Assembly (NCBI GenBank): GCA_965645245.1
Contig: OZ287084.1
Span: 1,054,001 to 1,118,000, forward strand
DNA from: Massalongia carnosa
Taxonomy: Eukaryota
Length of the DNA stretch: 64,000 bases
Direction of reading: 5' to 3'
Position 1 is the first letter of the stretch; the number at the start of each line of letters is the position of its first letter. The position numbers were made by a program, and so were the translations under genes. Of this stretch, positions 21,364-32,893 are shown one piece after another. The notes below the pieces were generated by a model that saw only the letters and a list, made by a program, of their open reading frames with translations, had not been told where the DNA came from and searched no databases.

Positions 21364-24140
21364 TTGCTTCAAACATCATATTATATTTTATTCAGCGTCA
21401 TAGGACTAAATGAAGGAGAAATTCCGAGTGTTTCAGACAAATCCCCCGTTTCAGTAAAGCAACATAGGATAAATAGCAAACGCACTGTTAAAAGCATCTT
21501 AGCTGACATTCCTTCTCCTCTTTCGAGTTACAAACCCATTTCAATTGATGATAGACCTCTAAGATCGCTGGTGAATGGTCTTGTTGATACTCCTCTTGGA
21601 TTTTATCAGCTCTTTATTACGACTCAGCTCTGTCGGACTATCGCATATCACACGAACATCAAGGCTCACGATCATACAGAGAAAGAAAAGGAGAATAATC
21701 ATCGCCCATGGTATGACATTATTAGACCAGAAATTGAGGTTTTTTTGGGCATTATTTTGTTAATGGGTATGGATCATGCGCCTGCCACGGAAGATTACTG
21801 GAATCAATGCTCCGACAAGCCCATTTTCCTATCTATTTCACAAGCCATGTCCCTCGTACGATTTCAACAAATCAAGAGATTTTTAAAGCTTAATAATAGA
21901 CGTACGGAACCTCCGCGCATGGGCAAAGGAGTCGATTAGTGGAAGAAGTTGGAACCTCTTGCTACTGATTTTCGTTAGGCCTCGTTGAAGTACTTTCAAC
22001 CAGGAAGCATCATATCAATTGATGAGCAGCTTATTAAATTCGAAGATCGATTAGGTCATACTCTACAAATAACTTCAAAGCAGGCTGGAAAGGGGTTTAA
22101 AAAATATAGTCTTTGTCAGAATAACTACTTGATATCTTTTTTGTTTGCCTCCAAAGTTAGTATCTTTCTAAAAAATTAAATCTCGTTTTCCCTTTTTGAT
22201 CTTTGAATCATGATCTCTTTCGGACAAAATTCCATGAAACATTGTGTTTTTGCTGTAAAAACCCTCTGTTTTCTGTCGCTTTACCCAACATAACTGCAAT
22301 GATTAACACGTATCAGGTCATAAAAATCAGTCAGTAAAAAACCGCTAGACAACTGGGCTTTTTAGCAAAGGATGGCCTTTCGGATAGTACTTTGCTGGTA
22401 ATTCAGCTTTGTAAAACACTTCCTGAACCACTGAATTACACTCTTTTCTGCGACAACTTCTTTACCAGCACAAAGCTATTCAAAGCTCTTCGATCACTAG
22501 GAATTGCTGCATGTGGAACAGCTAAAAAAGGCTCTGGATTTCCTGCGAAGTTGTTGGCTCTGCGGGATATGGCCATTAAATCCAAACATTGGGACTTCGG
22601 GCCAGTACGACTGTGGATGAGGTGCTCTGTTTGGGATGGGTAGACAATAATACCGTTCAGTCGATGACTACTCGTTATCATCCTCGGGAGCTTGATGACT
22701 CGTACTATTTACATCCGCTTAAAAGGCATAGAATTCCAGAAGACTCCGTCCAGCCAATTATACCCATACTATACTATCCCTCAATATAGGCTCATATTAT
22801 TCTGCTGCCTAATCAAACACCTTCATGGCCTTTAGGCCTACCGATTCCCGCACCAGTCAGAGAATATACTTCACATAGGTGGGTCAGATATAAATGCTCA
22901 GCAGAGAGCGGTTTATTCTTATCAACGCCGAAGCGATCGATATTGGTAGCCACTGTTTATTTTTTTGTTAGATGCTGCTGCGCTTAATGCATACAAGCTT
23001 TGTCACGAAATCAGGTCGAGGGCAAGGGCAAAGGCAAGGTGGGTTGATGGTCAAGCTTATTGATTGAGTCTATAGCTATGAATCTAGGCTAGGCTAGGTT
23101 GGCTATTCAAGACGTTCGACAAAGAATCAGAACTTCCATGATTCGACTTCTTTCTTATATCTTTGTCCTCCCATATTTATCTTTCTAAGGTGGCGGCGAA
23201 TGATGTCTAGTCAGTGCGATGATGAATGAGGGGCATTATAGCGGCAATAAGCACGATGGGGTCAGCGAGGAGACGAGAGATGTCAAACATCAATGCGAAG
23301 CTATTAGACATGATAATAGTCGAAAGACGGGAATAAATCATCAATGCGAGGCTGATTAATGATCAGTAATCGGCGAATTCGAAGAATGATATGAGGGTCC
23401 CGAAGGCATAGCACGACGTCCGTGAGTAGTCATCAGATCAAGGCACGTGATAGAGGCACGTGGTGAGGTCGGAGGCATTTCATGACAAGCTTTATCTAAT
23501 TGATGACTTCAGAACAGAAGGAAAAAAACTCACTCGTACGGATTTTACTCATTATCTTGCCCTCAGTCTGATGAAGAATCGGTTAATTAGCAAGGCTACC
23601 ATCGGTTAGATAGTCAGACTACAACTAGTATAGGCATCTATCGTGAGCCTCGGGAGGTGCCTTGCAAAGTGCCTAAAAACAGCAGATATAGGAGTCAAGG
23701 TCTGATCGTCAGGGTGCCTAAATAAACAGATATGGGCGGACAAGGTCTGACCGTTTAGGCTTCTAGATATGACTGTTTTGTGATTACTCTATAAAGCAGA
23801 CAAATAGTCTATATAGATAATCAACTTCAATGACAATCATGCTACTATACCTAAAAAGCGAATTTATATTTCATAGAATCCCGCTGAACAAACCCGACGA
23901 CATGAGTCAAAGATAAGGATTCAGACCAACTCTGAGCCCGTTATATTTATCTAGAGAAGAAGCGGAAATGCGAGCCCTGCAATAAAACAAGGCCCTCCAA
24001 AAGAAAAGGGGAGCCTTTGTCTGAAAGAGACGCTAATGGCAGGAAAAGAAAGCAGCGAGGTTCTCAAACAAGATAGGGGTGTAGAGGATGTCATCTAATC
24101 AGACCTTGTTGTAAAATCAGGCCTGCTGGGCGGCAATATA
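21364..24140 (+). pseudogene. piggyBac-like DDD transposase with one intron and Cys-rich C-terminus
   Basis: ORF pieces 21364-21939, 21985-22155 and 22317 onward (DEQ, DNFFTS, WVDNN). Intron 22156-22316. CEPC...CRGC near 23970-24095. Several stops; ends approximate. Confidence 0.85.
23001..23487. mobile_element. Solo LTR (487 bp)
   Basis: TGTCACGAAAT...ATTTCATGACA with TSD AGCTT (22996-23000 and 23488-23492). Confidence 0.9.
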
Positions 24141-25439
24141 TTTAAAGAAGTAGATAGAGTTCAGGTAGATAGTAATTGATTGGGCAATTCTTAAAAAAGG
24201 TCAGAAAGGGGTAGCAAGCCGCTTATTTGATTGGTTGATATTTAAGGTTTCGAGAGCTCTAAACCATCTATAGCTAGTGCGGGAGGGGGTGCCAATTTAC
24301 CAGCGAGAGGGATAGTAGAATAGAGCTTAGTCTACTAAGTATTGTGCCTTTGGGTCGGGAAGGACAGGTGGCGCAATGGTAGAAATCTATTCACTATCTC
24401 GCTTCGTCACAGAATACTAAGTCTTCAATCGGTGTACTAGTCGTGAGTTGGATTCCTGACCTGAGTTCCTCGCTTTTTCGCATTGCTTCGACGGACTGAA
24501 GCAGGGACGAAACAGGAAAGCGTTGGATGAAAACTCTCTAAGTCGGATCGGCGAAGGCCGTATGCTAAGAAGAGCGCATTCTTCGGGGCTAACTATAACT
24601 AGAAGCGGCTACGGGCTAGCCGCAGCTAGACGGGTGGTAGTGTAACGGTTCGACTAAAACGTGGTGCGGACGGCAGGACCTACAGCGAATATAGCAGGAG
24701 TCCCAGTTATAGTAGAATAGAGCTTGGTCTGCGGGCTAAGTATTGTGCCTTTTGGTCGAGAAGGACAGGTGGCGCAATGGGTAGAAATCTATTCACTATC
24801 TCGCTTCGTCACAGGTGCGAAGAGATTCCGTGACAGAATTTTTTTTAATATATTTATTAAGTGTATTCAACCTAAGGTTATGATACTAAACTATTTTAGG
24901 ATATGTTTCTATAATACAAATAAATCAACCCTTTATAACCAATCTATGAATTGTCAATTTTGCCCCGTTTTTACTCCGTGTTAGTAACAACCAATAGTAA
25001 TCGAATTTTCGATTTTACAATTTGTCTTTGTAAAGTTCGTAAATGTTTTAGCATAAATCAATTCTGATTTTACTGTTCGATCTCTCCCCAACCTCCCGTT
25101 TCGACAATTTCGTCTTCTAGCTGACCTAGTATCCATTTTCTAGTAGCGATTTTTGTTTTGACAATAAAATTTATCAATATGTCATTTCCAATTTTGGTAT
25201 TGAATAACATGTTTAAATTGATTGTAGTATCGACATTTTGTTTTATTATTTGAATTTCTTCAAAATAGTGAATGCAGTTCAACAATAGATGTTCTGGCGT
25301 TTGACGTTCGTTGCATAGATTCGTGCATTTTGACGAATTATAATCTTTCAATCGATGTAGATATGATCGAAAATAACCGTGTCCGGATTTCAGCTGCATA
25401 ATGGTAGCAAAGATCAATTTCGAACAATTGTTTGACAAT

Positions 25440-25924
25440 TGTAATAGGGTAGGCCAAGTATGCGTTCGTTGAACGTAAGACTGGCCTATGTGGCTATGTG
25501 GGATATGTACAGCCAAAACAACCACCAAGACAATAAGGTCCCGCCTAACCCAGTTAGGCATAGTGTGGGGACTTAACTTATTATGGAGGTGTTTTCGTAG
25601 TACACGAAGTATCCCCTCGCCTCGCCTCACCTCCCCTAGCTCACCTGCCTAGTCTTATCTACCCGTGTCTTTCGGTGTCCGAAGTATTTCGGAGTCCGAA
25701 AATACCAGGTAGTATGGGCAAGGTATGGAAGAAGAGCTTAGGTTATGGATTGTCCTATCCTATATAGATCAATGATCAAGCACTTTAAAAGGGTAGCATT
25801 TAGTCTACCCTTTGACCCGACCCTACCTATTTTGTACCTCTATTGCGACCATCACGTTGTGTAGCCCCTGTGGATCCCATCTTCCAGTAGTGAATGCCTG
25901 CTGGGAGAAGGTCTCCCTGTTTCA
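25440..25924. mobile_element. Solo LTR (485 bp) in LINE copy 1
   Basis: TGTAATAGGG...CCCTGTTTCA with TSD ACAAT (25435-25439 and 25925-25929). Confidence 0.85.
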
Positions 25925-27293
25925 ACAATCGATAAAAGCTCGATTTGTCAGGTTGCATTTCAAATTTCTCGTAATATTTGCCTTTTGACATGCATCGTTC
26001 CCATCGATTAGTCCATGTGTTAAGCGCATTTTAATGAATTTGACTTTTCAAATAGTCGAATGTGATCGCCGAGGGCTCCGCTAGGATTTGACAGTGACCC
26101 GCTTTCGCCGTTTTGTCTGCAATTTCGTTTTCGATAATTTTCGAATGACTAGGTATCCATTGCAGAATTATCTGATACTTGTTTTCGAAAAAACATTTTG
26201 CAATCTTTCGAATTTGCTTTGCGTAAATATGATTTGTCAAAAGTTGAATTTCGTTTATCGCGTTTAAACTATCGGAAAAAATCCATATCGTTTTTTCTAA
26301 ATTCGATAATATGTTCGCGTTCGTCAATTTGTATGCCCATTTGACTGCTTGTAAAATCGCATGCAGTTCAGCATTTTTAATACTTGACTGTTTGCTCAAT
26401 TTCCAGCTTTTCGAAATTGTATGATGTTTAACAAGGCAATCTTTTTCGATAAAGTGATCGAAATCATCGATAAAATTGTTCCATTTTCGCATAATTGGTG
26501 AAAATGTGACAGCAGAAGTTGAAAATTCGACTTTTGATCCGTCCGTATAAAGTAATATTCGTGATATATCGGAATTCATAGATTGAATTTTTGACAAAGT
26601 CGAATAATAACTCGATTTTGTTGTTTCTTTGAACTTTTCGATTCGAAATTCGATTTTGCACGACGACTTCCATGGTTTTATAAAGTTATTTGATTGTTCG
26701 AATTCATCAGTTTTGTGAACTATGTCGGAAACGGAGTGCAGAACGCGAATAAGCTGACTAGGATGTCGTTTATTTGTTTGTTTTTCGTCTTCGTTCCATT
26801 CAGCATATTTGTTATTCCATAAGCTAGTATCAAAACCGATGTTTTCGAAATTCATAGAATACGTCTTTGGAATTCTTTGACAAATGGGATTATTTTCGGC
26901 AATCTTCAATAATCGAATAGCATATTTTTGATTTTTCATCAATAATCGTAGTCTGACTGGTAAACTATGTGATTCAATTTCCATCGCCTGAACAGGCGTA
27001 GTTTTAAATGTTCCTAAAATATTTCGAATCATCCGATTTTGCAAATTCTGAATTAATTTTTCATATTTCTTTTGACCATTGTACCAAATTTCTGAACAAT
27101 AATCCGAGATAGGAACGATGCATGACAAATAAAGCTGTCTGCATGCAGTCGGTTTAAGACCCCATTCCGAGTTCATCAAATTTTGAATCGCAAAGAACGA
27201 CCGTTTTGCAGATGAAATTCGAGTTTCGACGCGTTTTTTGTAATTCAGTTTTCGTTCTAGCCAGATTCCCAACCATTTGACTACGTTTTTCGG

Positions 27294-29834
27294 GCGGACG
27301 GAAGAATCATTCTGCAATCGATGCGGTAATGAACGTCGTTCATGATATCGAAATCGCAAACCGAAACAAAAACGTTTTATCATGTCTATTACTCGATGTC
27401 AAAGGAGCATTTGACTTTGTTTCGATTAATCAATTGTTAAATGTCATGAAAAAGCTGCATTTATCTCGCATAGTTATTCAATGGGTCAAGCATTTTATGA
27501 CAAAACGATCGATCAATTTGATATTCGATGAACACAAAAGCAAAACGTACTATATCGAATCTGGAATTCCACAAGGTTCACCAATTTCGCCAATTCTATT
27601 TCTGATTTATATTCGTTACTTATTTCCGAAAATACGAATGAAATTCAATGCTCATTCACCTAGCTTTATAGACGATGTTGCAATATATGTCGAAAATAAA
27701 ACTGCCACACAGAATTGCAAAGAAATCGAAAGTATCGTCAAAACAGCTTTTGATTGGGCCGCAACGAATAATGTCAAATTTGATGACGACAAATCTGAGT
27801 TGATTCACTTCGAAAAGTCAAGAAATGCATCAAAAGACAAAGTGCAATTACCAAACGGGACAATACTAGAACCGAAAAATTCTGTCAAATGGTTAGGAGT
27901 CTGGTTAGACCGAAAACTAAATTACAAAAAACACGTCGAAACGCGAATTGCTTCTGCAAATCGATCGTTTTTCGCAATTCAAAATTTGATGAAGTCTGAA
28001 TGGGGACTAAAGCCAACTGCATGCAGACAGCTCTATTTGTCATGCATTATTCCTATTTCGGACTATGGCTCAGAAATCTGGTATAACGGTCAAAAGAAAT
28101 ATGAAAAGCTATTTCAGAATCTGCAAAATCGAATGATTCGAAAGATTTTAGGCACATTCAAAACCACGCCTGTTCAGGCGATGGAAATTGAATCGCATAT
28201 TTTACCAGCCAAGCTACGATTGTTGATGAAAAATCAAAAATACGCAATACGATTATTGAAGATTGCCGAAAATAATCCTATTTGTCAAAGAATTCCCAGT
28301 ACCTATACGGTGAAATTTGAAAACATCGGTTTTGACACTAGTTTATGGAACAACAGATATGCTGAATGGAACGAAGACGAGAAAAAATCGAGTAAACCTC
28401 ATCCTAGTCAGCTTATCCGTATTCTTCATTCCGTTTCGGATATAGTTCACAAAACTGATGAATTCGAATCAGTAAATAATTTCATCAAACCATGGAAGCC
28501 GTCTTGTAAAATCAAGTTCCAAATCGAAAGATCAAAAGAAACAGCAAAGTCAAGTTATTATTCGACTTTATCAAAAATTCAATCAATAAACGCCGATAAA
28601 TCGCAAATTTTACTCTATACCGATGGATCAAAAACCGAGTTTTCAACTTCCGCTGTCACATTTGCACCAATTACGCGAAATTGGAACAATTTCACCGATA
28701 ACTTCAATCGTTTTATCGAAAAAGATTGTCTCCTCAAACATCATACGATTTCGAAAAGCTGGAAATTAAACAAACAGTCAAGCGTTAAAAAAGCTGAACT
28801 CTATGCGATACTACAAGCAATAAAATGGGCATACAAATTGACAATTGCGAATATTCTCTTCAATTTGGAAAAAACGATTTGGATTTTTTCCGATAGCATA
28901 AACGCGATAAACGAAATTCAGAACTTGACAAATCATACTTACGCAAAACAAATTCGAAAATTCTCGAAATACTTATTCGGAAACAATTATCAGGTGGTTC
29001 TACAATGGATTCCTGGTCATTCGAAAATCGTCGAAAATGAAATTGCAGATAAAGCAGCAAAAGCGGGACATAGTCGAATCCTAGTCGAGTCTTCGATAAT
29101 AACATTTGATTATGTGAAGGGTCAAATAAATCGAAATATGTTAGCCGCATGGGCGAATCAATGGCAACAATGCAAGTCAAAAGGCAAATACTATGAGAAA
29201 TTCGAAATGCAGCCGGGCAAATCGAGTTTTTATTATCTGTCGAATAATTGTTCTAAATTAATATTTGCAACTATTATGCAAATGAAATTCGGACACGGTT
29301 ATTTTCGATCATATCTGCACCGATTGAAAGATTATAATTCGTCAAAATGCACAGGGCGCTGCATCGAACGTCAAACGCCAGAACACTTATTGATGAATTG
29401 CATACATTATTCAAATGAAATCCTAAACATGAAACAAAATATCGATACCACAATTACTTTAAAAATGTTGTTTAATACTAGGATCGGAAATAATATTTTG
29501 ATTAAATTTATTGTTGATAACAAAATCGCGACTAGAAAATGGATGCTAGGTCAGCTCGATGACGAAAATATCGAAACGGGAGGTTGGGGAGAGATCGAAC
29601 AGTAAAATTAGAAATGATTTATGCTGGAATATTTACGAGCTTTACAAAAACAAATTGTAAAATCGATATTTCGATTACTAAAGGTTGTTACTAACACGGA
29701 GTAAAAACGGGGCAATATTGACGATAGATAGTTGGGTTATAAAGGGTTGATTTATTTGTAAAATAAAACCATATCTTAAAATAGTTTAGTGTCATAACCT
29801 TAGGTTGAATACACTTAATGAATAAATAAAAAAA
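27294..29834 (+). mobile_element. LINE A copy 2, 5'-truncated (RT-RNase H ORF 27329-29605)
   Basis: 15-bp TSD GACTACGTTTTTCGG (27279-27293 and 29835-29849), A tail. Confidence 0.95.
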
Positions 29835-32689
29835 GACTACGTTTTTCGGTTCTAGTATAGTTCCGTTTGGTAACTGCAGTGTGTCTTTCGATAGATTTCT
29901 TCTCTTTTCGAAGTGAATCAGTTCGGATTTATCGTCATCAAATTTGACATTATTCGATGCGGCCCAATCAAATGCTGTTTTAACTATAATTTCGATTTCT
30001 GTGCAATTCTGTTTTTGCTGTTTTGTTTTCGACATATATTGCAATATCGTCAATAAAACTAGGAGAATGTGCATTGAATTTCATTCGTACTTTCGGAAAT
30101 AAGTGACGAATGTAGATCGAAAATAATATAGGCGAAATAGGTGAGCCTTGTGGAATTCCTGATTCAACATAATAGGTTTTGCTTTTATTTTCGTCGAATA
30201 TTAGATTGACCGATCGTTTTATCATAAAACGTTTGACCCATTGAATAACTTTGCGAGATAATTTCAAATTTTTCATGACATTTAACAGCTGATTAATCGA
30301 CACAAAGTTAAAAGCGCCTTTGATGTCGAGTAATAAACATGATAAATTGTTCTTTTTTCGATTTGCTATTTCGATGTCATGGACGACGGTCATGACTGCG
30401 TCAATTGCAGAACGATTTTTGCGTCCGCCTATCTGTTCGATGTCTAATAAATTCGAATTTTCGCCGATATAGGCAAGGCGATTTGCAACGATTTTCTCAG
30501 CAATTTTACCAAGACAATTTAGTAATGTGATAATTCGATATGATTTTGGCAGCGAATAGTCTGATTTATTAGGTTTTTTTCAAAACTGCACCGAGTCCTG
30601 TTCGCCAGCATAACGGATGAAAACCGGTTTGTATGAATTTTGAATAAATCATAAAAAACCCGTTTTTCAACGATTGAAACGGTTTTTGAACAATTGTGAA
30701 ATTAACTGCATCAGGTCCACATGCTTTTTTCGGATTAAAAAAACTAATCGCTTTTTGCAACTCGTTTTCTGTCAAATCCGGCCAAATATCTTCATCTTCA
30801 TTGTCTTGATTCGATAAATCTTCGACATTATCGTCTATAAATGTGTTTTTTGTGTACATTGCTTCCACAAATGCATCGCATTTGTCATCGAATTGAACAT
30901 TTAACTTGTTTTCGTATTGAATCGGTGGTATTTTTTCGAATATGCGCGGTTTAGTGTACTTATACGCGGTAAATACGTCTTTATTCACTGCATTTTCTAG
31001 AAAAGTTAACCAAGTTTCTTGTTTTGCTTTTCGAATTGCATGAAAATATTCGATTCGACTATGTTTAAACGTTCTATATCTAAAATCGGACGGATAATTC
31101 TTCCATTCTCGTCGATGTCTAGACATAATTTTTCGAAGTTCGGTTAAATCTTGCGACCACCAATTTTTCGATTTTGCATATATTTTGGTCTTTGGAATAA
31201 ACAATTCAGCTGCTTCTTTAATAATATCTTGCAAATAAATCGCTGATTCGTCGAATTGATGATTATTCAATAAACTTTGAACTTGTGTTTCGTAGCTTAT
31301 TGAATTTTCATCTAAAAACTTTGTGAACTTGTCCCAATCGGCTTTATTGCAATTGTATTTGTTAGATAATGCGGTTGCATATGTCGTCAAATTCTTAAAA
31401 GATGCGATTAATTCAAATCGAATGACTTCATGATCTGAACCTGTGACTGCGTTTTCATCGATTGACCAATTTGTTATTGCATTTTCGATTTTGGAATTTG
31501 GAAAGGTTAAATCAATGAAAGATGAAGAACTTCCCGAATGGGCATAAAATGTGCATAAATCAGGCGTATTAATCAAACTACACTTCTTTAATTTTAACCA
31601 TTTGACTAGATTTTCAGATCGAATTGCATGCTGAATTTTCGAATTCCACCAGTTATGATGTGCATTGAAATCTCCACATATTACAAATTGATCAGTGAAT
31701 GGAGGTTGATATTTGACTAAAAGTCGGTCGATTGTATATGTTTCTAGATCGTTTTGACTTTTTTCATTGTAAATGTTGATAATATGCACTTTTCGAACTT
31801 CATCAATTGTAATCTGGATAATTTGCATATCGGTATCGTCAATAAGATCCGTTCTAGGCTTGCATTGTAATTTCGAATTGCATTTTGTGATAAATGTAGC
31901 TACTCTCGAGCGATAAGCTGCTATTTTCGGCATAATGCATGTAAATGACGGATAAGAAATAGTTTTTTGATAGCGTGTCCAAGGTTCCTGAAATAAAACA
32001 ATATCAATTTGATTTAATACTGCATATTCTAGACAGGTAACCATTGCATTCGTTGACTTTGCACAATTGTGTTGAATAAATTTGACATTTTGTGTATTTT
32101 CGATATTTGTCAACGAATGCTGTCCTGCCATTACAAAACGGATAATTCGTCAGTCGTTTTTCGAACGTTTAACGATGCAATAAATTCACATCGTTCATCA
32201 TTTGACTGATGATTTTGATTGCAATTGACGCATTTGACTACGACATGTGCACAGGCGATCTTTGATTTGCAAGTTGTGCATTCATGACTGTGAGTTTCAT
32301 GATTTTGGGCACATATATTGCATTTCGCTTGATTTTTGCATTGATAATGCTTGTGTCCAAATTTTTGGCAATTGATGCATTTCGTATTCGGACGAACGGA
32401 GGTAAATATTTCCGTATCACAGTGCCTTCCCGCGATATTTACACCTTTCAACGCGGTCAAAGCCATATTTCGATCATTGAACGTCAAAACAACAGACGAT
32501 TTGATCTTGTTTTGACGATCACGTGCTAGCCATCTTGGAATATCGCATAACTGCATGTTCGAATTAAACTTTTGAATTTTATCCTGTAAATATTGCATGT
32601 TTTCATCAAACGTTGCAATATTTATGCCATATGTGATTACTTTAAACCACGATTCATCCTTTCGAACTATACGTGGGTCAAATATATGC

Positions 32690-32893
32690 GACAAATTGTA
32701 AAATCGATAATTTCTCGATTACTATAGGTTGTTACTAACACGGAGTAAAAACGGGGGAAAATTGACGTTACATAGATGGGTTATATAGGGTTGATTTATT
32801 TGTATTATAGAAACATATCCTAAAATATTTTAGTGTCATAACCTTAGGTTGAATACATTTAATGAATAAATTAAAAAATAAAAAATAAAAAAA
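32690..32893 (+). mobile_element. LINE A 3'UTR-only insertion (204 bp)
   Basis: TSD TCAAATATATGC (32678-32689 and 32894-32905), A tail. Confidence 0.92.

Larger units (their letters stand above)
21217..24311 (+). mobile_element. piggyBac-like element B, both termini present
   Basis: About 40-bp TIRs CCCTCTCGCTGGTRAATTGGC...GCACTAGCT (21217-21257 and 24272-24311), flanked by AT. Confidence 0.92.
21148..24813 (+). mobile_element. TRIM-like miniature LTR element (about 570 bp of its own sequence), 5' LTR split by piggyBac B
   Basis: LTRs 21148-21216 plus 24314-24411, and 24641-24813. TSD GGTGC, 229-bp non-coding interior, PPT-like AGACGGGTGGTAG. Confidence 0.9.
20734..24835. mobile_element. 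Solo LTR (about 430 bp of its own sequence) hosting the TRIM
   Basis: TGTCAGGG...CCGTGACA termini. The right TSD is mostly lost to a LINE tail. Confidence 0.55.

Noticed and set aside
27279..27300. Twin-priming 5' inversion at the head-to-head LINE junction
   Set aside because: A 15-bp TSD shows an independent antisense insertion of copy 2 into copy 1.
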